IMG/VR virus record: IMGVR_UViG_3300028840_004475
Location: 32,001 to 96,000 of that record
Direction: 5' to 3' (one strand)
Length of the DNA stretch: 64,000 nt
DNA from: a virus
The stretch's first letter is position 1; each line of letters opens with the position of its first letter. Shown in pieces: positions 35,418 to 46,288 of this stretch. The position numbers and the translations under genes were made by a program. The notes below the pieces were generated by a model. That model worked only from the letters and a program-made list of their open reading frames with translations, did not search any database and was not told the DNA's origin.

Positions 35418-38400
35418 TTGCGTCTTATACCTGGGATATCCCCGTTCTTACCTTTTTTGGTTATCTCGTTGTAGAAGTCACCGTCTTTGTCTCTCAGCTT
35501 CGTGACGATGTTCTCTTCCACTACCTCGGCAACGTCTTCACCATTGAAGCTACAGTTTTCGAACTTCACTTCAATGTCAAAGTTCTCTTCGTTGGTTATG
35601 TTCTGATTGCCGACTTGCGTCACACCAGAAGAACCATAGTTGCCACCAGCCTCACCTTGCGGTGCGCCGAACAGATTGGCTCCTGAGTTCAGAGCGGCTA
35701 TACCTGCCGGTCCGCCAGCTGCTGCAACGCCTTGCGCAGTCAGAACACCCTCGCCGTGCTGCAGTACGGCGATGCCTTCGTTGGCTCGCAGGTTCTGTAT
35801 GCGACTCAGGTCATCGCTCTTCCCAAAGATGCCGCCATCGTGGAGGACGCCGCCGAATCCCAGAAGGCCGCTACCCTGACCACCGATGTTGGCAACGGTC
35901 GGAACATTGCCACCAGCTGCGTCTCCAGCTGCTTGGTTGACATTCTGAGCAGTCTCGACCGCGGCCTCACCGAAGCTGGACGTGGCTTCTGATACTTGTT
36001 CCAAGCCTGGGATGCTGTTCAGGAAGTCAGAGATGAGCTGGAACACGGCGGACAGAGCCGTGACGAGTCCGGTCTGGAGAGTTGCGGCCAGCTCGTTCAC
36101 GAAGCCAGTGACGGTTTCGATGACGGACCACAGGGCCTCGAGGGCTGGAATGAGGCTACCGCCCCACAGAGCGTGTTCGATCGCCTTGAGTACGATTTCC
36201 AAGTACCTCAATGGCAGAAGGAACTTTTCAACCGCATGCGTTGCAGTACTGAGAGCATCCTCGATTATGCGGGCGCCCTCATGTATTTCTTGGCTGGCAA
36301 GATCCAACCATCTTGTCCACACCAACATGGCATCATTGATCACACCAAGGAACAGAGCCGCTTGTCCGATGATGTAGTTCACCGCTTCAAATATAACCAC
36401 AAGTAAGAGTAGAGGTGCGAGCAACAATAGAATCACGCCGATCAGAGGAAGCAACCCGATAGTGATCAGAATCTCTATGACCGGTGTAAGAGCCTCTAGT
36501 ACTGGCAACATCAGGAGCAAAACGTCTGCAACGATTTGCAGGACTGGGACAAGAGCTTTCGCGATAACGTCTATCACGCCTCCGAACACTCTGAAGAACG
36601 TAGACGCGAGCTTGGAAAACGACTTCACCACTAAGTTGATGATGGTAACCAGAATAGTGATGATTCTGACGAACGGCTTCAACACTGCTTCGATGAGGAC
36701 TGTGAAGAACGGTATTAGCTGCACCAGTATATTTATTATTGAGGTGAATACCGATATCAACGAAACAGCAACCGTAGCAACGCCGCCGATAACGGTTATG
36801 GCAGCGCTGAGGATTTCAAAGACTACCCCTACAACTTCACTCAAGCTTCCGAAGATGGCGCTAGCCAGCACACTGACGAGTGGTGTCAGTTGTTTTATGG
36901 CGTTGACGAAAACACCCAGCACATCTTGTGCTGAACCACTGAACATGGACAAGACATCAACTAGCTCCGATATGAGGTCGAAGATGCCACCTTGCACGAG
37001 CGCGATGAACTCGGCAAACGGACCAGAGAACGCGTTCAGGAGACCACCGACCGCAGTAGCAACTTGACCCAACACTGCAACCATCGGCGTGAAAAGCGTC
37101 AGCAACTGGACGAAGGTATCGAACAGTGGCAACACGCTGTTCAACATCGGTATGAAAGCTACTGTCACGACCTCATCGAAGACGGTTATGAGAGAGCCTG
37201 ATATTGACGCCATGCTGGTCATTAGGCCAACGACTACCGGCAGCACGCTGGAAATCGATTCCAGGGCACCGAACAGGACGCCGAACAAGTTCTCGATCCC
37301 TGGCACTTCAAGGTCGCCTCCGGCGAAGCCGCCGATGAAGTTCTTGAAGCTGTCCATGATGGCCGTACCGATTTCCTGCAGTACGGCTGGATCTGCCAGG
37401 GTTGAGGCCACGATGCTGATGATCTCGAAGCCGGCAGTAGCCAGCTCCGGGGCTGCCGCCAGGATGGCCCCTACGAGGGCCGTGACGACGCCTGGAGCGG
37501 CTTCGGCGAATGCTGTGGCGAGCGGGATACCCACGTTGTTGAAGACGCTCAGAAGGGCGTCCAGGAGGCTGCTCACGATCGGCCCGATCTGGTCGATGAG
37601 GCCTGTCTGGAGGAGCGCCTGGAGGGTAGCCCCTATGGACTCGCCGATATCGTCAAAAAGTGCCGGTAACGTAGCTGCTGCTGCGACGATGAACTTGGCG
37701 AATTGCTCGACGAAGACCGGCCCCAGCGTGATGAGGGCATCTCCGATCGCTGGTACCGCCTCCTCGAATGCTCTGATGAAATCATCAACAATTCCAGGTA
37801 GTTCCTGTACCAGGAGAGCGGTCACGGTCTCGAGGTTGGAGGCGAAATTGTCGATGAAGCGCTGGATGGCAACCGGCAGCTCTTCCTGGATCGCAGTAGC
37901 CAGGGCCTCGATCTCATCCTGGCCCATCAGACCCAGCTGCACGATGACCGGGATGATGCTCAGTGCGGCCTGAATGATGGTGTTGACCACGGTGTTGAAG
38001 GCCTCGAAGATGGCCCCGGCGATTGGCACCAGGCTCTTCAGAGCCTCACCAACGACACCACCGATGATGGCACCAGCGGCCACACCCACGACTGCACCGG
38101 CCGGTCCGCCGGCCACTCCACCTGCAGCTCCAGCGCCGAATGCACCAGCGGCTGCGCCGCCAACGGCACCCCCACCGCCGACGAGGCCTCCGATGAGCTG
38201 GCCTGCAGCCCCACCGAGCTGTCCGAACAAGTCGAAGAAATTCAGAGCGAGCCCCTGCATGGACTGCCCGACTTCACTCGTGAACTCGAAGAACTTATTC
38301 GTCAAGTCGCCCAGGACGTCAGTGAAACGCCCGAAGAAATCTTGGATGAAATCGCCGAGAACCTTGTCCATTTCTTCGGCGACGTTCTCTGTGCCTTCTG

Positions 38401-41400
38401 CAAGGCTGGCGTTCGTGTCAGCGTTGAGATCTTCCAGACGGTTGAAGTAGTCGAAGTAGGAGATCTCATTTCTCTTGAGCTGCTCTACCAGGTCTCCTCT
38501 GCTCTTCAGATACGAATCGACTATCTTGTCTACGGCCTCATCGTTCTTCGAGACTATCTCACCAAGAGAAGTCAAGAAGTCGCCAACGAAGAAATCGAAG
38601 GCTGCTGGGATCGCAGATATGAAGGTCTCAGAGATGATGTCGCTGATCTTTTGGATCGCCCTAACTAACCTGGCGCCGAACGCATTCAGGAGGTCCGAGG
38701 CAAACTTGTTCGTAGTAGAATTTGCCTGGCTCACGTGACGCTTGAAAGCGTTCATAGCCGCGCTCACATCACTGAGTGCGCTCTGTCCAGTGAGGCCAAA
38801 CTTCTTCTGCAGTTCGATGGCCTTCTTCTGGTTTCTCTCTGCAGTCTCTTGCGCCTTCGCTCGCTCTTCTGAAGCTTTCGCTACTATGCTCTGTCCCTTG
38901 GACGTCTCTGCATTGAGCTGCTTCACGGAATCTGAAGTGGCTTCCGTGTTCTTGTCGGCCTCTACCATAACGCTGGCAAAGTCTGCGCCGGTATCTGCTA
39001 CGTCTACGAATGTATCAACCGTTTCAGGCTTGATTTCGATTTCAGCACTAGCTGGCCGCACATCGAGTATCTTGGTACCGATCTCGATGAGCTTCTCAAG
39101 GTTCCTGATTACACCGCTACGCAGTTCGAAGATGAGATCGTTTCTGAAGATGTCGATGGCTCTAATCAAGTCGACTGCAGAACCAGAAGCGGCACCTCCG
39201 AATTGGTACCTGGCAACACCGCCAGAGCGATAGCCAACAGGTCCGCCGTGCTTGAAGCCACGTACATTGGCTCTCACGTCGTCTGTCGCGTTGATGAAGT
39301 CGAAGAAGCCAAGTTCTCCGCGGTCGCGCTTCCTGTTCAACGAAGCCAGTTCTTGGATGAACTCTGGCTGCAAGAACTGATTGAAGAAGCCAGTGCCCAG
39401 CGCACCAACAACACCTCGAGGGATGACGAACTCACCGGGCTCGAGAAGCGCTGGGATGATGTCGCCAAGGCCTGACCCTGGGACTGTACCGCCAGCCTGG
39501 AAACCAGCAGCAGCGCCGGTTCCTCCAAGACCAACAAGTGCAGTTGATTCGATCTTGCTTATTTTGTCTATGAAAGCTGCAACAGAATCTTCATCTGCTT
39601 CTATCTCGACCTTTGTAGGAGACAGATTAGCCAGATCAGAACGAAGTTTTTCGTAGCCTTCCTCGTATGAGAACGTGATTCGGATGGTATCTTGCTGCAG
39701 AATTTCTTTAGATTCTTCAGCAATCTCTATTTTAGAAAGTTCTTTGAATGTCGCAGCAACATCCTCAAGTCTTTCAATTGACAGGCCGAGTAACTCTTCC
39801 CTTCTACCTGGTCCGATGTCTTCTTTCGGAATGGCTGCTACAATTTCTTCTTTTCTCTCTTTTTCAAATCCCTTTGCAATTCCTTCCAACAAATCAGTAC
39901 TGAATTTCTCATATTGCTCACTAGTGGGACCACCTGCGGCAACGATTCTATCAACAAGAGCTTCTCTTTTCGATTCGTCTGCTTTTGTATGCGCAACTAG
40001 TTCTTCCATCGCTGTATTAAACTTAATAAGCTCATCGATTGACAGCTTAGAAAGTTCTTGTCGCTTTTCATCTGCTAAATCAACTTTGGATGCTATGGAA
40101 GCTAGTAGAGTATCTCTCTTTTTGTCCTCTTCAAATTGTTCTTTGGTGCGCGGATCTTGAGTCTCAATATAAGAACTTTCCTTCGCGAAGAATTCCAGCT
40201 GTTCAAATGCTTTAGCGACCTCGCTATTTTTTGTTATCAAGTCATCAAGACGTGCTTTGTCTTCTTGACTAAGTTTGAAATCTGGAGGTATTTCATTGCC
40301 ACTCCAGACACGTAGTAATTCAGCCATTGCTTGCTCAATAAGACCAAGCTTTTCTACGTTAAGATAGGTACCATTTTTCAAATCATCAAGAAGCGACGGT
40401 ACCAACGACTCTCTCAATATGGCTTCACTAGTACCTGAAATTGCCAATCCACCAGTCTGGTAGCCAACAGGACCACCGTGCTTGTACCCAAGAATACCCT
40501 TGATGGCTTGTGCACGATGAATGGCGTCAGGGTTCCTGAAGTTCTCAAAGAACGAGACGCCGAATGCTTCAACGGCAGAGCGCGGTATGACGAACTCGCC
40601 TGGCTCGAGAAGCGCTGGAATGATGTCGCCCTCGCCAACGCCAGGAACCATACCACCTGTCTGGTACTTCTTGATGACGGCAGGAACGATGCCGAGACCC
40701 TCAACCACTACTCTGATCTCAGTACCGTCAAGACCGTCCAGCTTGTTGGCGATGTCACGCAGCTCAGATGCTACGTCGCGCATTGGGTCTATGACCTCAA
40801 GCAGCGATTCGGACATACGCTCAATCTGGTCGTTGGTAGCAAGCGTGACCTTTTCAAGGTCAGCCATCTTCTCAACGGGTATGGCGGCTGCAGCTGTTTT
40901 CAAAGCAGTAGCGTAGTCGGTTTCTAGACCAACTATCCGCGACAACTTGTTCACGCTGTCTGTCAACTGATTGGCAAATTCGTCAGTGAACTGACCCTCA
41001 GCTAGAGCCCTACTGAACTCGTTGGTCTGTCGATTCAGTGAATTGATGATCTCCTGTACTTTGCTGAGCCGTTCGACACTTCTTGTGATCTCGTCTTTCG
41101 ATGCACCGAAGTTCTCTTTGATGCCTTCTGCGATGACCTTGAGAGCTGCCAGTCGCCCGGACACAACGCCCGGGTCAAGCGTCTGCTCGATCGGGTCAAG
41201 CTGCTCGACATTGTCTGCCATCTGCTTGTACAGCGTGTTGGCAAGTCCAAGATTTCCGGTGTCGATTGCTGTAGAGATCAACTCCAGAGCATTGTCGAAT
41301 CTAGCCGTCTTGATGTCGTTCTGAAGTTCGATCAAAGCCTTCTGCTGGTCGTTGTACTCCTTCAGCAAGCGAAGCGCATCGCCGAACGCACCACCTATGT

Positions 41401-44400
41401 TGTCGACATCTACTTCGCCTCTGCGGAGTTGAGCGAACAACTCTTTGGCGACACCTTGCGGACCAATGCGAGAGATCTCTGTCCAGGTCAGCTTCAGCTC
41501 ATCGGAGAAGTAGAGCAGCGAACTGAACGGTCCAGTGTCGAACTGTTGTGTGACGAAACCAGACAGTATGTCGTTCACCTCGCTAGCGTTTGTAGCGATG
41601 GCCTGGTACTGACGCTCGTAGATATCGAGTAGCTGCTGGTTGAGCTTGACTTCTTTTGTCAAGTTGTCTTTGAGATTCTTCTTCTCAACTTCGAAGATTG
41701 CAACTGCTAAACCATACTGGTCCTTTGCAGCAGCGGTCAGACGCAATTGCTGTTCGGTTGACAGCGCTTCTGAGTCCCTGCGCTGCGAATCTATCTCACG
41801 CTGAAGCGCCAGGAATCTCGTCAGGCCGGCGATGAACTTGAGTTGGACTCCAAGACGTCTGTTCTCTATTCCTTGTGTCGTCTTCTCAATGCCAAGGATC
41901 TTCAGCGCCTTGTCAGTGATGCCGGAGAAAGCAGCGGCTTCTGTAGCTATGGTGCGCAGGATACCGAACCTGACATTCGACTCCTGGATGCTGAGTTCAA
42001 GCAGTTCTCTACGGTCATCGAGAAGTTCTGCTTCTGCGGCTGCTGCTTTGGCACGAACAGTGAAACTTTGTGAATCAAGCCTGACGCCTTTTTCTTTGTC
42101 TTTTGCAATTCTCTGTTCGCGACTGCCGATTTCTTCGATGAGCCTTCTCTGCTTTTGCAGGTTTGCCGTGAGTTTGCTGTTGCCAGACTGAAGCAATTCA
42201 GTCTTGTCTATTGCGTCTCTGATGGCATTCGAACGACTGCGTGATGCCGCGATCAACTTCTCAGTAGCTTTGAGTATCGCTTCGTTGTTCTGAGCTTCCC
42301 TCAGAGAGAGGATTTCGATGTCTTCCAGGACAACGTGTAGTTCTGCAGCTCTACGCTTTCTTTCTTCAAAAGCGTTCACTGTGTCAACGGCGACACCAAG
42401 CTGAGCCCTTGCAGTGTTGAGACTCTTGTCACCAAGCTGACTCGAACGACGATTTATTCCCAGCGTCTGAATGGTTGCCTTGATGAGTTCTTGCTCTGCA
42501 TTCAGATGGTCAATGCGTTGTTTGGCACCAGCCTTCAGTACGTTGTTTACCTGTTCCTGCTGGGTAACTGCTACCGCACGAGCCTTTTCGCTTGTGTCGC
42601 TAGAAGCGCTGATGTTCTTGAGGCTTTCCTTTTGGATATCAAGTTCATCTTTGATCAAATTCTTGCGTTGACTGGTGAGACTGATCTCTCTCTTGACGTT
42701 GCCCAAGCGACTGAGGCTAGCAACAGACGCAATTCTCTCGGACTTGTTCAGGGCACCAAGGAATTTCGTGATGTCAAACAAAGCCTGCACACTTGCCAAC
42801 TGTGTGAACAGCAATGTGTGGTTGAGTTCGTTGATATTACCGAACAGTTGCTCTACGCGTCCAAGCGCTGCCGCGTTTTCTCTCGTGATCTCATTGAGCC
42901 TTACCTGGTCAGTGATACCATTCGCACGTAGCTTCAGCTGTTGTCTGAGACGCTCAATGATCGTACTTTGCAGCGTCGCGAGACCTGCAACGGCCTGGGC
43001 TCTTTGTTCTTCAGTGGCAGCAGTCTTTTCGACCAAACCAAGATCGTATTGCCTAATGAACGACACCCTGCGCGACAGTTCTATGGCTTCCTTCTGGTTG
43101 ATGAATGATGAGCGCAAAATGTTGCGGTTCTTGTTGACGGCGGTCTGGATGTTGCTGACCAATGTGTTGGCGAAGATTGTGCCGGCTCTCTCGACTTCTT
43201 GCGGATTAACGATGAGGCTTGGCAAATCTTCTGCGAAAGTAGCTGTAGCTCCTGTGACTTTGTCGAGTGTGTCTTCAAAGTCGCCTTCGAGTCTGGCTAT
43301 AGAATCACGAAGTGCTTGTAACTCAGTGTCATCGATGATGACGTCGAATTTGAATAGACTGAAAATCTGCAGACTCTTAGCGGCGTCTGCCAACGATTGC
43401 ATCGTGACTGTAATACCTGAAATCTCTTGCCCGAACCGTAGAGCCTTTACCTTCTCCATGGCATTTACGGTTGTACTGAATGCATCTGCAGTTGTAAGAG
43501 CCTCTTCTTTGACAAGACCCAATGATGTGAATAACGATCTGGCTTGATTTGAAGCTTCAGAGAATTTGATTGCAAGTCGTGGCGACTCTTTTATGAGCAG
43601 CTTCCACTGTTTAAATACTTCAGAAGATTCTTCTTTTGCATCTTTTAGAGCTGCTCTGGCTTCATAACTTGCGGATCTAAGCGCCCTCAATTGCTGTACG
43701 TCTGTAGTAGCGCTGATCGATTTGTTGAATCTAGCAACCTCAGGACCAAATTTACGTATGTCCTTGTTTGCTTGCTGAATTGTAGACAAGACATCGTCAA
43801 GAGATTTCTTGAACTCGCTTTCTCTCTCTTGTTCGTCTTGTTTCTGAAGTTGTTCTAAGATACGAAGCTGCACACCAACTTTGTCATTAAAGACAGCCAG
43901 ATCACCACCGGCTGCTATTGCTGCCTCAGCTAGATCTCCATACTTGCCAGCAACGTTTCCGATTGCGATAGCAGCTTCGTCAGTACTCAACGCACCGTTG
44001 TCAACTTGTTGTTGAAGAAGTTCAAGTTCTCTGCGTGTGTTTTTGATTGAGTCGATCTGTTTCTGCCGCTCGTTTATCTCAGTAGTCATCTCCTTGATGG
44101 CTTCGCGACTCGCTTCAACACTTTCAGCAACTGTTTTGCTGAAGATTAAGTACGCTGCAGTAGCTGCAGCAATAGCAGCAATAATAAGCCCTATGACCAG
44201 AAGATAAGGGTTCGTCAACCACAGAGCGTGCATCTGCAACTGCACTGCTACCAAAGCCAAACGCAAGCCGCCGAGTGCACCAGTCAACGTCAACGTGGTG
44301 CCGGTCATAGCAGTAATGCCGAGCGCTGCACCAGCAGTAGTGCCGGCGAGTAGACCGGTCACCAAGTTCACCGCCAGCATGACGACTTTCAAAGCCAAAA

Positions 44401-46282
44401 GTGCTGTCGCCAGTTTCAGCACGATGGCAAGAAAATCACCAATTGCATTATCCCTGAGTGCCTCCCGCATGGCTTGCATGATCTTGATGATGGCGCCAAG
44501 AAAGAGAGCAATCGGCTGAAGGGCTTCGCGAGCAACCTCTAGGAGGATGTTCTTGAAAATTGAGAACTGACGTGACAGCTCATCGACGCGCGTGTCTGCC
44601 ATTGCTTCGGCAGCACCCTGCGACTCCTCTTGCAACTTCCTGATGGTCTCGTTCAAGTCGCCCGTCTTTTGCGTGAGGATCAAGAATGAGTTCGCACCAC
44701 GCAGACCCAAGCGCTCGAACACTGTACCGACCTGGTTAGCCGTGAGCTGACCATTGCCGAGACGTATGTTGATTTGTCGGATCAGATCCAAGAAGTCGAG
44801 CGGCTTCTCAGGGTCGAAAGCGATACCAAAAGCACGCTGGAACTCGGCCTGCTGCGAAGTAATGCGAGCGAAGATGGAACGCATTGAACGGCCGGCTTCA
44901 CCAGCACGGATGAAGTTGTTCTGCAGCGTAGCCAGGATACCGGTCGTCTCTTCCAGAGACAGGCCCAGCTGTTTAGCGACAGGGAGCGCGAACTTGAGAC
45001 CTTGGTTCAGTTCGTTCAGCTCGACCTGATTGTTGCGATAGGTGGCCGCGAGGACGTCATTGATCCTTGCGAATGCTTCCAGCTTTGTGCCGGTGCCAGC
45101 GACACTGCCGCCGAGGAGCCTGTACGTGGCTGCTACGGTCTTGGTCGTAGACGTGACGTCAGCATCGGTTGCAATGATCAAGTTCAGCGTTGACTCGAGA
45201 GCGGCCAGTGACTCCTCTGCTTGGAGACCGGCGCTACCGAACTGGAACAGGATCTCACTGACGTCTTTGACGCTCTGGCCAGTCTGCGACGAGAAGTCTA
45301 CGATGGCTTCTCGGAGACTATTGAAACGCTCTTCGAGGAGGATGACTTCGGAACGCGAGACCGCGAAGGCCTTAGCAGTCCGGTCCTGCAACTCGAGGAG
45401 TGATTCGAAGGCTCGCCTGATGTTGGTGATTGCACCGAAGACCAGGATAGACGAAGCAAAGAAACGCAACTGCTGCTTGACGATGTTGTCGAAGCCAGCC
45501 GATAGAGATTTCGTGGCCACGGCGGCACGCTGCTGCTCTTGGGCCTGTTTCTTCTGGGCTGCGGCGTTCTTCTCAATAGCAGCCGCAGCAGTCCTTGCGC
45601 TCTGAGCTTCCTTGTCCAGACCGGCCGCTGCCTGATTGAACAGGCCGGCAGTCTTGGTGACGTTGACCCCAAGCTTCTCGTGCTCTTGGCTCAGCCGCTC
45701 AAGCTCTTTGACCGCAGCCACACCCTTGGCGCGGGCGCGTTCCAGCTCCGTAGCGTGTGCACGGAGCGCTTTTGCAGACGCTACGTCGGCTGACTCCGAC
45801 CCCCTCGACGCCCGCGAACGAGCCAGCTCCGCTTGTACTAGCTCTCGTGCCTCATTGATCTTGAGGCGCATGGCATCGGCCGTCCTCTTGACGCGGCGTG
45901 CCTCGTTCTCTTCTTCAGTCGCTGCCCGGCCAGCTCCTACACGGCTCTTGATGGCGTTGACCTCATCGATCAACTGCTTCATGAGCTGCATCTGCGCGTT
46001 CGTATCGCCTACTGTGCGACGGATCATCTCGAACTGTTTGACGGCCGGAGTAACGTCGATGTTCTTGACGTTGGCGATTGCGGTGAGGGTACCTTCAACG
46101 GCCTTCGTCAGGTTGTCAAAAGCTGCTTTCGACGCGTTGACGTTTTGTAGGCGATTGATCGATGAAGCAAAGCGACCAGCCGCATTCGCGAACTGGCGCA
46201 TCTCGCCAACCAACTTCTGGAAGGTCGCGCCACCGACGCGCCTGATCTCGACATTGAACCGAATCGTCCGCTCAGCAGGCAT
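35414..46282 (-). CDS. Tape measure protein (3622 aa)
   Basis: Follows the tail chaperones. Helical, with a TP901-type core (GLSLEETTGILATL..AGEAGRSMR), hydrophobic repeats and GG..GD..PALL.PGEFV motifs. Confidence 0.95.
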   Translation of the reverse strand: MPAERTIRFNVEIRRVGGATFQKLVGEMRQFANAAGRFASSINRLQNVNASKAAFDNLTKAVEGTLTAIANVKNIDVTPAVKQFEMIRRTVGDTNAQMQLMKQLIDEVNAIKSRVGAGRAATEEENEARRVKRTADAMRLKINEARELVQAELARSRASRGSESADVASAKALRAHATELERARAKGVAAVKELERLSQEHEKLGVNVTKTAGLFNQAAAGLDKEAQSARTAAAAIEKNAAAQKKQAQEQQRAAVATKSLSAGFDNIVKQQLRFFASSILVFGAITNIRRAFESLLELQDRTAKAFAVSRSEVILLEERFNSLREAIVDFSSQTGQSVKDVSEILFQFGSAGLQAEESLAALESTLNLIIATDADVTSTTKTVAATYRLLGGSVAGTGTKLEAFARINDVLAATYRNNQVELNELNQGLKFALPVAKQLGLSLEETTGILATLQNNFIRAGEAGRSMRSIFARITSQQAEFQRAFGIAFDPEKPLDFLDLIRQINIRLGNGQLTANQVGTVFERLGLRGANSFLILTQKTGDLNETIRKLQEESQGAAEAMADTRVDELSRQFSIFKNILLEVAREALQPIALFLGAIIKIMQAMREALRDNAIGDFLAIVLKLATALLALKVVMLAVNLVTGLLAGTTAGAALGITAMTGTTLTLTGALGGLRLALVAVQLQMHALWLTNPYLLVIGLIIAAIAAATAAYLIFSKTVAESVEASREAIKEMTTEINERQKQIDSIKNTRRELELLQQQVDNGALSTDEAAIAIGNVAGKYGDLAEAAIAAGGDLAVFNDKVGVQLRILEQLQKQDEQERESEFKKSLDDVLSTIQQANKDIRKFGPEVARFNKSISATTDVQQLRALRSASYEARAALKDAKEESSEVFKQWKLLIKESPRLAIKFSEASNQARSLFTSLGLVKEEALTTADAFSTTVNAMEKVKALRFGQEISGITVTMQSLADAAKSLQIFSLFKFDVIIDDTELQALRDSIARLEGDFEDTLDKVTGATATFAEDLPSLIVNPQEVERAGTIFANTLVSNIQTAVNKNRNILRSSFINQKEAIELSRRVSFIRQYDLGLVEKTAATEEQRAQAVAGLATLQSTIIERLRQQLKLRANGITDQVRLNEITRENAAALGRVEQLFGNINELNHTLLFTQLASVQALFDITKFLGALNKSERIASVASLSRLGNVKREISLTSQRKNLIKDELDIQKESLKNISASSDTSEKARAVAVTQQEQVNNVLKAGAKQRIDHLNAEQELIKATIQTLGINRRSSQLGDKSLNTARAQLGVAVDTVNAFEERKRRAAELHVVLEDIEILSLREAQNNEAILKATEKLIAASRSRSNAIRDAIDKTELLQSGNSKLTANLQKQRRLIEEIGSREQRIAKDKEKGVRLDSQSFTVRAKAAAAEAELLDDRRELLELSIQESNVRFGILRTIATEAAAFSGITDKALKILGIEKTTQGIENRRLGVQLKFIAGLTRFLALQREIDSQRRDSEALSTEQQLRLTAAAKDQYGLAVAIFEVEKKNLKDNLTKEVKLNQQLLDIYERQYQAIATNASEVNDILSGFVTQQFDTGPFSSLLYFSDELKLTWTEISRIGPQGVAKELFAQLRRGEVDVDNIGGAFGDALRLLKEYNDQQKALIELQNDIKTARFDNALELISTAIDTGNLGLANTLYKQMADNVEQLDPIEQTLDPGVVSGRLAALKVIAEGIKENFGASKDEITRSVERLSKVQEIINSLNRQTNEFSRALAEGQFTDEFANQLTDSVNKLSRIVGLETDYATALKTAAAAIPVEKMADLEKVTLATNDQIERMSESLLEVIDPMRDVASELRDIANKLDGLDGTEIRVVVEGLGIVPAVIKKYQTGGMVPGVGEGDIIPALLEPGEFVIPRSAVEAFGVSFFENFRNPDAIHRAQAIKGILGYKHGGPVGYQTGGLAISGTSEAILRESLVPSLLDDLKNGTYLNVEKLGLIEQAMAELLRVWSGNEIPPDFKLSQEDKARLDDLITKNSEVAKAFEQLEFFAKESSYIETQDPRTKEQFEEDKKRDTLLASIASKVDLADEKRQELSKLSIDELIKFNTAMEELVAHTKADESKREALVDRIVAAGGPTSEQYEKFSTDLLEGIAKGFEKERKEEIVAAIPKEDIGPGRREELLGLSIERLEDVAATFKELSKIEIAEESKEILQQDTIRITFSYEEGYEKLRSDLANLSPTKVEIEADEDSVAAFIDKISKIESTALVGLGGTGAAAGFQAGGTVPGSGLGDIIPALLEPGEFVIPRGVVGALGTGFFNQFLQPEFIQELASLNRKRDRGELGFFDFINATDDVRANVRGFKHGGPVGYRSGGVARYQFGGAASGSAVDLIRAIDIFRNDLIFELRSGVIRNLEKLIEIGTKILDVRPASAEIEIKPETVDTFVDVADTGADFASVMVEADKNTEATSDSVKQLNAETSKGQSIVAKASEERAKAQETAERNQKKAIELQKKFGLTGQSALSDVSAAMNAFKRHVSQANSTTNKFASDLLNAFGARLVRAIQKISDIISETFISAIPAAFDFFVGDFLTSLGEIVSKNDEAVDKIVDSYLKSRGDLVEQLKRNEISYFDYFNRLEDLNADTNASLAEGTENVAEEMDKVLGDFIQDFFGRFTDVLGDLTNKFFEFTSEVGQSMQGLALNFFDLFGQLGGAAGQLIGGLVGGGGAVGGAAAGAFGAGAAGGVAGGPAGAVVGVAAGAIIGGVVGEALKSLVPIAGAIFEAFNTVVNTIIQAALSIIPVIVQLGLMGQDEIEALATAIQEELPVAIQRFIDNFASNLETVTALLVQELPGIVDDFIRAFEEAVPAIGDALITLGPVFVEQFAKFIVAAAATLPALFDDIGESIGATLQALLQTGLIDQIGPIVSSLLDALLSVFNNVGIPLATAFAEAAPGVVTALVGAILAAAPELATAGFEIISIVASTLADPAVLQEIGTAIMDSFKNFIGGFAGGDLEVPGIENLFGVLFGALESISSVLPVVVGLMTSMASISGSLITVFDEVVTVAFIPMLNSVLPLFDTFVQLLTLFTPMVAVLGQVATAVGGLLNAFSGPFAEFIALVQGGIFDLISELVDVLSMFSGSAQDVLGVFVNAIKQLTPLVSVLASAIFGSLSEVVGVVFEILSAAITVIGGVATVAVSLISVFTSIINILVQLIPFFTVLIEAVLKPFVRIITILVTIINLVVKSFSKLASTFFRVFGGVIDVIAKALVPVLQIVADVLLLMLPVLEALTPVIEILITIGLLPLIGVILLLLAPLLLLVVIFEAVNYIIGQAALFLGVINDAMLVWTRWLDLASQEIHEGARIIEDALSTATHAVEKFLLPLRYLEIVLKAIEHALWGGSLIPALEALWSVIETVTGFVNELAATLQTGLVTALSAVFQLISDFLNSIPGLEQVSEATSSFGEAAVETAQNVNQAAGDAAGGNVPTVANIGGQGSGLLGFGGVLHDGGIFGKSDDLSRIQNLRANEGIAVLQHGEGVLTAQGVAAAGGPAGIAALNSGANLFGAPQGEAGGNYGSSGVTQVGNQNITNEENFDIEVKFENCSFNGEDVAEVVEENIVTKLRDKDGDFYNEITKKGKNGDIPGIRRK
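39423..40630. repeat. 44-bp direct repeat (41/44 identical) at 39423-39466 and 40587-40630 within the tape measure gene
   Basis: atgacgaactc(a/g)cc(g/t)ggctcgagaagcgctgg(g/a)atgatgtcgcc. Spacing 1164 bp = 388 codons. Confidence 0.85.
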
Positions 46283-46288
46283 CTACTG

